Shown in pieces: positions 26,059 through 37,376 of a stretch of 64,000 nucleotides of DNA (its first letter is position 1; each line of letters opens with the position of its first letter). The notes below the pieces were generated by a model, which worked only from the letters and a program-made list of their open reading frames with translations, was not told the origin of the DNA and searched no databases. Both the position numbers and the translations under genes were made by a program. The DNA is from Spizellomyces punctatus DAOM BR117 (Eukaryota), in assembly GCA_000182565.2 (NCBI GenBank), contig KQ257454.1. One strand, 5' to 3'.

Positions 26059-26547
26059 GGGATGCATATTGACTGTGTACATATTGGTTTTTATATATAT
26101 GCAAAATTCAGGACATCAAGCAGATGGTTCATGTTCCTTCGTCTCCTGGACAATGTATTATTACGTCCTTCTCGGCGTCTTACTGTCTGTAGCAGACGAG
26201 GAAATGTAATTACTGGGAAAACCTTATATAAAGTTGCAGCCAACCTTGGAGATATCGAGTGGCATTGAATGTCGAAACCCAAATTCCACATCTATCACAA
26301 CGGCCGTTAGTGCTGCTTATCCCTTAAATTTAGGGATAAATAGACCTGTTTATTTACGATATCCTCTTTTACAGGATCGCGGGCTTATGTAAGCTACGCC
26401 AAATCGAGAATCGGATTCGGCCGTGAAATCAACCTTCAAGTAGTCCAAACAAGTAGAGATTCCTTTTATCGTGTTACTAGTGTGTATAGACTTCGACAGC
26501 ACCAGAAAAAACGGTCTCTTTATTCTTGCCCGTTGTTGAGTGAACAA

Positions 26548-28088
26548 ATGAACGAGCTAGGTGGGCTTGTTATCATTGCAAATTGTACCATCTGACCGTA
26601 CCATTTGACATTTTTGTTCGCGGCGGGTTAAACACGATTTGAAGATCTTCTTTTGAAAGAGCTAGACGCAGTAGGATCCGCGCGAGCGTCTACGGTGCAT
26701 GCTCTGGGTTCCCCTGGTGACCAGCCCGCCCCTTTTGGAGGAAAGCCTAGTACGTCGGTTATATTATGTGGGGAATTCTGTATCCTTTTTTGATGATATC
26801 TGCTAGAGGATGTAGTGACCCTCACCAAAACCGTTGAGAAACGGGGAGCTGGTATAAAGGAGCTAGACAGCCTTGTGAGAGATCTCACAGATCTCAAAGG
26901 GCTCGTAAGTAGCTCCAATGAGGCTTTAGCAGGACCGGGCGCCGAAATGCATCCTTCCCCACTACCGCCAAATCGCCCGCCTCAGCAATCTCCGCCATCA
27001 CGGCATCTACCCGTCCCTGCCCAAGTCAACGATTCGGTAAGAAGACCTTCTGAAGTCGCAGGTCAACTGGAACGATTGATGGGAGACTTGTCACTGGAGG
27101 CAGCAGGTGGAGATGATGGAGAGTCAATCTCTTCTGATAGGACAGATGGGAGTTTGGATGCTCTCGGAGGACCTAGTGCCGATATCACCAATCATAGTGA
27201 AGGAGATCGAGCAGAGCCGCAAGAACGCAGTCCCGAGCATTCACGAAGTACCACGGCGCCATCCTATGATGCACCACCAACGCCTTTTTCCCAACCTCCA
27301 TCTTCACATGCCCAACTGTCAGATAGTGCGCAGGGATCGCTTCCACAACCTGATTTTCAGCCCGGGAGTGGCCCAACTTCCAATTTTGTATCGAACACCG
27401 TGTCCAAGTTTTGTGTAGTGTGCCACAAGCCGTTGTCTGGCCCCGTCGTCAATGCAATGGGCCGAACGTACCATCCGGAGCATTTTACGTGCTTCTCCTG
27501 CAATCGGCAATTAGGGCACGGTCGCTTTTTTGAAAAGGCAGGAGAAGCGTATTGTGACTCCTGTTGGCAGATGAACCTTCCTAAATGCGCGTACTGTTCC
27601 GGCCGTATCATGGAGGTACAAATGAGACTGGTTACATGCTCTTTGGCCGTATTTTCTCATCTATCCGTCATATCAGCGCTGCATAACTGCCCTCGGCCAG
27701 CATTGGCACCCACATCATTTCTTCTGCGCACAATGTGGTAAGCTTTTCCCCCCAGGAGCCGGATTCTTGGAAAAGGATGGGATGGCGTACTGTGAGGAAG
27801 ACTATTTCAACCTCTTTGCAATGCGATGTGGGGGCTGTGGAAAGGGAATTATTGGAGAGTTTGTGTCCGCCTGTGGAAAGGAGTGGCATATGGGATGTTT
27901 CGTGTGTGCGGTATGTTCTCAAGTTGTTCGCAATTTATTATAAGGAGCTGAATGCTGATCCTTTGCAAACATTTTCCATCTTCCAGGACTGTAAGCAACC
28001 GTTCCCAACGGGGACATTCTATGAGCAACATGGCCAACCGTACTGTGCGACACATCATGCATTGCGACGGGCTCATCAGATGGGATAA
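26548..28088 (+). CDS. Paxillin-like protein: N-terminal LD motifs + four LIM domains
   Basis: The 13-nt exon 1 spliced to 26645 gives MNELDLLLKEL. Further LD-like motifs are ELDSLVRDL and QLERLMGDL. Four CxxC..HxxC/HF..CxxC LIM units lie at 27411-28060. Confidence 0.85.
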
Positions 28089-28557
28089 AGCGATTCCATC
28101 GATCGCGTGTCATTTAGCGCTGGCTGTCAAAAGACCATTTCTATAAGAGGTCTAGCGACATGGTAACTGCCGCAGGTAAGGTGTGGCATTCGGAATGCTT
28201 TTACCTGCAGCTACTGCTCGCGAAAGCTGGACCCTAAAGGGGAAACGATAGTGACGGCAGTGCATGGAAGGAGAAGGACGGTCGATGTTATTGTACCGCA
28301 TGTTTGCGGGTAGTGAGATAATCTTGGCCCTATGCCTCCTTCCACCCAAGGCCCTTTGCATAAAATCAAGTCGAGTGCATTTTACACTAGTATTGATAAT
28401 ATCACATTCATTCCATGCACACTCCGTCATTGCGCAAAACTCAACTTAATGGCTGAAACCCCATTAAAATAATATTGTACAACAAATTACATTGAGCAGA
28501 CAGAGCAGCACCGTACCCCACCGCACCGGCGCATCTAAACAGGTAAGAAATGGACGC

Positions 28558-29123
28558 TTAAGCCTGGGTGGCGCGGATGATCTGAGCAGCGATACGGTCC
28601 AAATCCTTCTGACCATCCTGGGAGATACGACGACCACTGTTGCGCAAGTCGAGTTAGTTGCTCGTTGAAAACAGCAATGTCCATTCCAATGCTTACCCGT
28701 TGGGGTCCTTCTCGAGCACCTTGATCTTCTCAAGAGACTGCATGACCTTGCGAGCAATTGATCCAGAGCTGCTAGAGTGGTGGTGAGGACGGTTACCACG
28801 GTTCTGACGACCACCGTAGTTCTTCTTCAATCCACCGACACCGACACCGTTGCGGAGGTAGACGTGACGAGCAACCGAGGCTAAGGACCGAAAGTTTCAA
28901 TTGTCTGCCTTACGAATGACCTGGAATGGCAGTGACATTACATACCAGCACGGATGTAGTACCAGTCCTGGTCGTAAGGAGCGAGTTCCTTGTATGTGCC
29001 GGTCTTGACAAGGTCAACCCATTTTGGCACCTCCAGCTTTCCTGTCCGCTTGAGATAGGCAGCGTAGGCCTTGACAAAGTCGTGGGCGCTAACGTCCTTG
29101 ACGGTGACACCTCCACTGGACAT
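28558..29123 (-). CDS. RPS19: 40S ribosomal protein S19 (eS19)
   Basis: [52 protein letters not shown], and C-terminal [18 protein letters not shown]. Confidence 0.98.
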
Positions 29124-29795
29124 TGTTAAAATGTGGAGATTTGTGCTGCAACCGAGAGAGAGGGAAGGTCAAAACGTCCAGCGGAGGAAGCGTAATAATT
29201 GGGACAGAAAAATGATAGTCATGTGATTTGTATCACAGCATTAGTCACGTGTTTATTGACGAGACGACCGCCACGGCTGCCACGTAGGATATTGATCGCC
29301 TTATTCGCAAGTAAACCTGCAATCAGCTTTGCATCGGATGCCACTGGACATGACGACTGCAAGGGTAAAAGCGTATAAAGTAAACAAAAAAATTCAGTTG
29401 TTTTCCACACAAAGGTGGAGGCCACAACGAAGATAAATGACCCAGTGGGGTCAATCCCGTCTCTGTCCGAGGGGTTGCCAACTATCTCTCCTTCGCATAA
29501 ACAGATGTGCTTTTGTAACGCCTTTCAAGATTTATATACTGATCTAATAAATATTTCTTTGCGACTGCGGGTTCAATGTTTCAGAAACATGTGACTGAAC
29601 GCGTTGTCCGTCCATGTCCGAAGTCCGATTTGCGATGTCCCCAAATCTGAGCGTGTCGCTTGCAAGTTGGTTCGTCGCTTTGTCGTTACTAGTAGCGAGC
29701 ATTTGATACCTCTGTTCTGGCAGCTTCTCGGAGACCAAACACCAAGGCTCAAGTCTTATCATCAGACTCAGCTATTAGGTCCAAATAGCGACAGG

Positions 29796-32057
29796 ATGGT
29801 TACGCCTACCCGAAAGCGATCCCGCAATGCTATAGAGGCAGAGGAAGAGAACCTTTGTGAAGGTAGACCATCTTATGTCTAGGAAGAGTGCCCTCCTTGA
29901 CACTCACGCTTCTACAAACAAAGCAGGTACCCCAAAACGCACACTGCGTTCGCGGACAGCACTCGGCTCAGCCTCGGGTAATGTCGAGATCGTCATACCG
30001 CCTTCGCCCAAACCCGGCCGAAAACCGCTTTCCAGGACCGCGCCCAGCACTCCAAGTCGTACCGGCAAGAAGGAGGTTCTTAATCAAAATGCCATTGCAG
30101 AGTCTCGATCAAATAAAGGTGGCGATGGCTTATCTGCATATGTCAACCGGCAGCTCAATAAACTCACCCGCTTCTCGTGAACCAGCCTCTACTCCTTCGA
30201 AATCCGCCAGAAGTACTCCCTTGAAGCAACTATCACCGCAGACGCCGTCTTCCCGCTGGTCTAAGCGGCCCAACTGCACGCCTGGGACACCCCGTACACC
30301 GACCATGGTCTACCAAGATGCGAAAGCGCTCTTCCGGCGCTGCAATACGCCATCACGCCTAGTTGGTCGTGAAACGGAAAGACGCACCATACAAACGTTT
30401 TGGGAAGATCATGTCATTAAAGGGAATCCTGGATCTCTCTACATATCCGGTTGTCCTGGAACGGGAAAAACCGCGCTTTTGGAAGAGATTGTTAACCGTA
30501 TGGAGGAACGGGTTGATGAAGTAAGGAAACCGTTGATTCTAGGCTTCTTTCACACCCCGGAGTACTCATGACTTTTTTTAGGCACGCCATGCTCTGCGTA
30601 TTGTAAAGCTTAACTGCATGTCGGTGAAGGATCCCAAAATGATATACCCAAAACTCCTAGCAGAGATCAGAGGCGAGCAGACCAAGGCAAAGGATGCAGT
30701 CAAGTTCTTGGAAAGTATCTTCATTCCTGAGGCATCAAAGGGAAGCTCGCGGACCTTCTTGTGAGTTTGATTTTCTTTCACGTGTACAAAACAAGGAATC
30801 CTAACAGTTGTTCCTAGCGTGGTCATCATGGATGAGATCGATTCCCTTATCACCAAAGACCAGGAGATACTGTATAAATTATTCGAATGGCCGGCACTTC
30901 CTGGATCACGCCTGGTTCTCATCGGAATCGCGAATGCGCTAGATTTGACCGAGCGGTTTTTACCGCGACTAAAGGCAAAGAACTGTATGTACTTTTTCTC
31001 CATTACCCTTGATATGAAAAACTCGGCGATCCTAAGTTTAATTTGCCAATCGATAACTGCAGGCCAGCCACAGCTATTAAACTTTAATCCCTACGAGATC
31101 AAAGATATTACCGAAATTATCAAGCAGCGCCTAAAATGCTTGGAGGATGTAGATGATGAAACATTGAGAGAGAACATGCCTTCACCATTCAAGTCGGCGA
31201 TCTCAGCCGCGAAAGGTAATGCTCCATTAATGCACCCCATGGCCATTGAACTATGTGCTCGAAAAATGGCTGGAACTGGAGACCTGCGAAAAGCACTGGA
31301 TGTTTGCCGGTGAGTTGACATGAATGTTTACATGCAGGGACCATGTACTCAACATTCATCGTGTGTTAGTCACGCCATTGAACTCGTAGAAGCTGAGACA
31401 AGAAGGAAGGTTCTGGCAGATAGCCTGCCCACTGCGGCACCACCTTCTCCCTCGCCAAGGCGAGCACCGGGAGCTGGTAGCATGCTTCTTCCGAATTCCG
31501 GAATAGGTTTGAGCTCCCCAATAGATAGTCTCGACGCCTTACCTAAAGTGACGGTTAAACACATCCTGTCCGCGACCAATATGGTGTTTGGCTCTCCAAA
31601 TGTGAACCGAGTCAAAAGTCTTAGCCTGCAGCTCAAAATGGTTCTATGCACACTAGCGGTGATGGCCCGGCAGAAGAAGGGGGACATGTCTTTGATAAAG
31701 GTTGGTACATTACGTCTGTTTCCTACTTAAGATGCTGGAATGTGCTCATCGTTGGAGCAACATCTGTAGCTCCATGAAACGTACGTGCAACTTTGCAAGA
31801 ACCGTCGCACACAATTGATACCTGTGACGAAGACCGAACTGCAGGATTTGGTGACAAACCTGGAGACTGCCGGGTTAATCACGATGGTCACTAAGCGGGG
31901 TGGGGGGAAACGTGATGGTTTTGGAGGTACATTGGGCGAGAAGCGCACGAGCCAGAATGTCGAACTCTGTGTTCGCCCAGAAGAAATTGAAAGTGCTGTA
32001 GCAGATCTACCGATTCTGGTAAATCTATTGAGATTGGACGGAGCTGCCAAAGTGTAG
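29796..32057 (+). CDS. CDC6: Replication licensing AAA+ ATPase Cdc6/Cdc18
   Basis: SP/TP-rich N-terminus, SLYISGCPGTGKT (Walker A), MDEIDSL (Walker B), LIGIANALDLTERFLPRL and GDLRKALDVCR. Confidence 0.95.
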
Positions 32058-32187
32058 GGCATTTGTCGATAGCCTTAAGAACATAATGTGAATAAAATAT
32101 ATCTATCGCGCCACCACTATTGGCCATTTGAACTATCTACAGTGACTATAAGACATCTAAAGTAGCAGAAATCTACGACAGCACGAT

Positions 32188-33818
32188 CTATTTCGGCTTT
32201 TCGTTCCTCACATTCTGATCTACCAAGATTGTTGTCGAATCGGGTTTCTCGTTACGCTTGTTCTTTCTTTTAAACGGTCGCTTTTCTGCGTCCATCCACG
32301 TCGCAACTTTGCGAACATTGTAACACCTGAAAAACACTCGTCCGATCACGTAGTAGACCACCAGCCACACGATGACCGCAGCGAGACCCACCCACATAAA
32401 CCAAGGCTTCGCGATGAGTTTATCCGATTTGACCCATGGACAGCTTTTCAAGTTGCAAAAGTTTGATTCTTCGGTGCACAGTGCATGCTTTGCTTGTGCT
32501 GGTTTGGCTACTCCAAGCGTCTGCTGAGCGATTTGGTGTAGAGCTAAAGGATTGGTGGATGGAAGGTCAGCCCCCAAGGAGGAGAGTGCGAAGCCTGCCA
32601 AGGTTCGTTGTTGGATGTACGTTGATTTGGCGCGAACGGTGTCCGGAATCTCGGTTACAATTAGCGTATTTGTTTGTGGATTGTAAAGCGATCCTCCAAC
32701 GCGTTGGGAATCAAAGGCTTCCTGATATCCGCTGGATTTCCCAGTATTGATAATATCTCTGTATGACACGGACTCTTTGTTTCGCACTTTGAAGGCAGAG
32801 TACACGCCCGTTGAATTCGTAACGTTAGAAATCGTAGGGGCAACATCTTCGAACATGTCTGCCATTGTATTGATGCCGAGAAAGGTGCGGTCGATGGGTA
32901 GTGCTTGCCCATACCCTGCAAGAGCAGCATCCATGCCATCCTTGATGGGATCTGTGGGAAGATTGAAGAGATTTCCTTCGTACTGGGTCCAGGCCGTTGG
33001 AGCTTCACGGTAGGGCATTATGTTTATTCTAAAAAAAGGGGTTACATTCGACGTCCTGATACGAAGCACCAATCTTTTCCTACGTACTGTTGTGCCAAAT
33101 TGGCGAGTCCTTGGATTTGCGCCACGGTGGCGTTGATCAATCCAGGGGAAACTGCTGGGAGGGATATAGAAAGTGCATACCCCATTGGAGAATTGAGTTG
33201 AGTCCAATAACTTCGCAATTCTTGCAAGAGCAGCAGGTAGTTGTCCCAGTCGCCAGCTGCACGCAGATACGTCAGCACGCGCAATCAAACTGTAATTCCC
33301 TTTCTCGAGATGCACTTACAAGACTTTGGATACTCCCAGCTAATATGAATCCCCTCGAAGCCGTGCATCCTCATGAAATTGGTTGCGTTTCGCGCAAACG
33401 CAATTCTTGACGCATTTGACGCAGCCAAAGTCGACAGAGCCCAGCTTTCCTTGGGTCCGCCAAATCCCAACTCAGTTATAACGTCCGGATACTTCAGCTT
33501 GAATTTAATCACTTCTCCGACACCTCCAAACACACAGCATTCGCAGGCTGGCTCATCGTTTCCATGTAGCAATTCCGTAGCAATGGTTTTGTTCCCCCAA
33601 TAAACAAAGCCTTTCTCGTCCGTTGCAGCATATCCATATATAAGGGTAGATAAGTATGAACCGTCGTACTCAGAAAGCTCGCCCAGGGCGGAGGGAGAAG
33701 CTGTAGGTCGATAATATGCTGTCAAACGTGGGGCCCCCAGAGCCTGTGACGCGCAGACGACAACCAGCAAGAGAAAGACTCCTACAGCGCTTGGCATTGC
33801 ACGGAAAATACCCAGCAT
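32188..33818 (-). CDS. GH18 chitinase-like protein with signal peptide and C-terminal transmembrane helix; degenerate catalytic motif
   Basis: Hydrophobic N-terminus, 'RIAFARNATNFMRMHGFEGIHISWEYP', 'NYLLLLQELR', 'INIMPY' and TM 'WFMWVGLAAVIVWLVVYYVIG' followed by a basic tail. Two introns near 33260-33319 and 33030-33085. Confidence 0.8.
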
Positions 33819-33951
33819 CGCCTTTAAAAGGCGACTAGCAACGACTCGACAAAACGCAGATGGCAGGTTTGCGCGGCGGCGCCAGAAACTTATTCTCCAA
33901 TGACAGTCCCGACTCGCGCTGCCATAGCAACAACAGCTGTTATGTCACATT

Positions 33952-33961
33952 GTCACGTGAT
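33952..33961. promoter_or_regulatory. GTCACGTGAT E-box (bHLH site) in the GH18/NOP16 divergent promoter; representative of a recurrent motif
   Basis: CACGTG also occurs at 29246, 43822, 50122, 52321, 55335 and 58241, each within about 160 bp of a start codon. Confidence 0.5.
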
Positions 33962-34039
33962 AGATCTTGCTTAGTCATAATTCTTTTTGCTTTTGCTTTG
34001 GGTTTTGCGAGCAGTAGTTTCTTGGATATCATTGTCGCA

Positions 34040-34717
34040 ATGGCCCGTCCTCGCGTACGAAGAAGCACTAAGAACCCTTCTGTCAAGGTCTCGCGAAAGC
34101 AAAAGAACCCGTACAACATATCCTTTGCTGGTGCACACCCGCTTGTTCGCAAAAATTGGGACAAGAACCTTACCCTAAAACAGAACTATGAGCGAATGGG
34201 TCTGATTTCGGCACTTAACGGGGCAGCTGGTGGAACTGAACACGAAGCCGAAGCAAGAGCCCGGGAGGAACGGGAGCTGCAGAAGGCAAAGGAAGAGGTG
34301 GAGTGGAGGCGAATAGATGACGTGCCAGCGAAACCCGTTGAACAGGATTCAGCACAAGAAGAAAACTTTGACGTTGAAGTGAATGGCCCGGTGGAGGTTG
34401 ACCCGCGTGTAAGGCAGCTTGGGTCAAAACCTGGCTTGAAGCGACGCGCTGCTCCAACAAGGGGAGAAGCATCAGCGAAAAGTGCAGTAGTGGAGGCGAT
34501 GGAGGCGGAGGCTCGGGATATCGTGAAACTGGAGCGACACGCATCTGAGCAAGAAGGCAAGGTGTTTGGGGACTTGATGCGGAAGCACGGACGAGATTAT
34601 GAAGCCATGAGTAGGGATATCAAGTTGAACCGATATCAACTCTCAGCGGGACAGCTGAGAAAACGAATTGAAAGATTGATCAATAAGGGCTCAAAGGGGC
34701 CATCATCAGAGGCATAG
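34040..34717 (+). CDS. NOP16: Nucleolar protein 16
   Basis: MARPR..., NWDKNLTLKQNYERMGL and KHGRDYEAMSRDIKLNRYQLSAGQLRKRI. Confidence 0.93.
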   Translation: MARPRVRRSTKNPSVKVSRKQKNPYNISFAGAHPLVRKNWDKNLTLKQNYERMGLISALNGAAGGTEHEAEARAREERELQKAKEEVEWRRIDDVPAKPVEQDSAQEENFDVEVNGPVEVDPRVRQLGSKPGLKRRAAPTRGEASAKSAVVEAMEAEARDIVKLERHASEQEGKVFGDLMRKHGRDYEAMSRDIKLNRYQLSAGQLRKRIERLINKGSKGPSSEA

Positions 34718-34802
34718 AGGCGTCCGCATTTCGTATATAGTTTTTTGCCATTTTGATTTATGTAATATATATACAGTCTTTGAACACGTATTGTAGAATG
34801 TA

Positions 34803-36313
34803 TCAATCAGCTGAACGCCGTTTATATGGCAAGAACCGTCGCTCCTTGGCAGCATTCTTTTTCCGTCGCTTTTCTAACAGTTTGTCCACATCCTTTCCTT
34901 TCATCGATTGGTATTTCTCTACCAATTCCAGCTTCTTGATGTCGGCTATATGTGGAGTACCAGGAATGAATGGATATTCAGATCGAAACGCATGATAAAG
35001 GAAATCTTACACTTCTTTAGTTGCCACGGTTTCTTTCCCAGCTTTACGAGATCTTCTTCTGTTTTTCTCCAATTTCGAAGAATCTCCTTTCGCTTATCCT
35101 TTTGCTTTTGCGTTTGCAAACGTGATTGCTGCAATTGGAAAGCGGAATCAGCAAGCATTGTTGGCGATCTGGCATGTTGGTTTTCCAGAACATACCATGC
35201 TGGTGAGTGTCTTGTGTAGCTGCTCTTTCACCTCTGGGTCTTTCTCAGTCACTATACGCTTTTTGAGCATCTCTACCTCGTGCTGTTCGTAATCGCGGAT
35301 AAATCCGTATGATTGCTGAAACAGCCCGTCGTTTAACTTGCCCGCAAGTGGATCAAACCTAGGATCTCGCGATTTCTGAAAGCAGAAAAGACAGATGAGT
35401 ACAGATACTCACCCGAAAGTTAGGATGCTAGTCCTCCCCGTTTGAGTCACACCGACCTTCTTTGGTAGCTCCACAACTTCACGTCTTCTGGTTACTGCTC
35501 GCTTCGATGTAACCTCTACCGGGGCATTCTTGTTTAATCGCTTTGGTGGCTTCTTCCCCTTCCCGTCATGTTTGCTTGCCTTCAATGCACCCTTCGTTGT
35601 CTTTGCCGAATTACCGTGGGACGTTGTATCCGCTGGTTCACCATCTTCATCTGAGGTATCTTCCGTAGTGGATCTCCGATTAGCACGGTAATTGGCATGA
35701 AATCTTTTCAAGCCAACTTTCTGCTGTATTTCGATCAGCTGGTCAAAGGGGACGTCGGCAAGTTCACGCTTTATTCGCATCTACATGGGAGTGGGTGATT
35801 CAGGACGATTGTTTGAGACGTCCGTTCAGTCATTTGCTATGCCAAGCATACCAGCTGCTCTTCTGCATCGCTTTCATTGTCCTCTTCCCTACCATCACTT
35901 TCATCTTCATCTGATGTATTCTCTGCCTCGTCATAAGATGATCCATCCCCTTCATCTTCATCCACGTCGTCTCCGGCAGAGCTTGAGCCTTCGTCCTGCT
36001 CAACAGGGTCGTCTATATCCACAGACGTTGCATCCTCTCCTTCCTCGAATACGTCGTCCTGAACAGGAAGCGTGAGGAAGCGCTCAAGTAGTAAATGTTA
36101 AAAGTCAAAGTCAAGATCTACCTCGTTGTCGCTTTCCTCTACATTGTCGAAGGCTTGCATTCGACGCAACACCCGGCTCATGTCTTCGTCCTCGCTCTCA
36201 TGTGCATATTCTCGTAGTCCATTCGATGGCCTCCCGCTCCCATGTGGCTGTCTTCCTCTCGAAGCCGAGTTGGAACCCTTCCGGGACGCTACAAATTTGG
36301 ACGACGGCGGCAT
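34803..36313 (-). CDS. RRP36: rRNA biogenesis protein Rrp36 (DUF947)
   Basis: Acidic N-terminus, NKNAPVEVTSKRAV, RDPRFDPLAG, FQQSYGFI, GKKPWQLKK and C-terminal KRRKKNAAKERRFLP. Confidence 0.92.
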
Positions 36314-36523
36314 TTTTAAAACTTCTTACAAGTCTGATCATTGCTGACCTCGGAGTTCCATTATTTATTTTTGGCTGGAATGACATTCGAATTTCCGTTG
36401 ACGACAGCACAACACGCGATGAAGAATTTGTGCTTGAAATCGTCCGTCAACTGCCCTTGCAAAGGATTGTTTAATCCTCATTTATATTTCATCCGCAAAC
36501 ATCCTTTATACCCTCACGACAAA

Positions 36524-37152
36524 ATGTCCGAAGTGAAAACATACGACTGGAGCGACATCTCCTCACACAATACCCGTGACAACCTTTGGATGGTCATTGA
36601 GGGGAAAGTGTACGATGTAACAAAGTTCTTGGACGAGCACCCAGGTGGCGAAGAGGTTATGGTGGAGCAGGGTGGTAAGGATCATCAGAGATGCCTTGAC
36701 GCATTTATTAGATTGGCGTTATCTAACTGGGGTCTCTTCAGGCCAAGATGCAACAGAGGCCTTTGATGAGATTGGGCACTCTGACGATGCTCGTGATCTT
36801 TTGAAGACCATGTACCTTGGAGATCTTAAGCCATCGGTAAGCACATTCTTTCTACGATTACTTTTTTCTACGATTGGTGGCCTCATAATAGATCTTTTGT
36901 GGTGCAGGCAGGAAAGGCGGACAAGGCTGCATCCAAGGTGGCGGCAGCTGGTCAGGCCACTAAGGACGCGGTAAAACAGAGCGCTGGAGGATCTAGCTCG
37001 TAAGTCCTATTTTAATTCAAGTGCGATATTTGTGCAATCAATTCTGGTAATTTAACATTATTTTTCTTTATAATAGAATCTTCTTTGCATTGGTACCCGT
37101 GGTTGTCGTGGTCGCCTTCGCAGTGTACAAATTTTTGGAGAAGCAGCACTAG
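36524..37152 (+). CDS. CYB5: Cytochrome b5 (tail-anchored)
   Basis: WMVIEGKVYDVTKFLDEHPGGEEV, DATEAFDEIGHS and a hydrophobic C-terminal anchor LVPVVVVVAFAVYKF. Confidence 0.95.
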
Positions 37153-37376
37153 ATCGATCGGCTTAACATAGAGTATTGATAGGCGTACACTTGACGACGA
37201 GCAGCCGTCACTAGTAGTGGTGTGACATATCGGTTGGAAGCTCGTAGCTTCTCTCATTCAAATCAAATATTGTTGACACATATGTCTGACGTACCCTTGA
37301 GACAATGTTCAATTTATCCTATACAGAGATTCTAAATAGTAACAAGACATCCAAATGTCTGCTAAATCCACTGTCC

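Noticed and set aside
26780-26790. GTATCCTTT resembling a U12-type 5' splice site
   Set aside because: It lies inside an ordinary intron that starts GTACGT near 26750, and there is no downstream CCTTAAC branch point.
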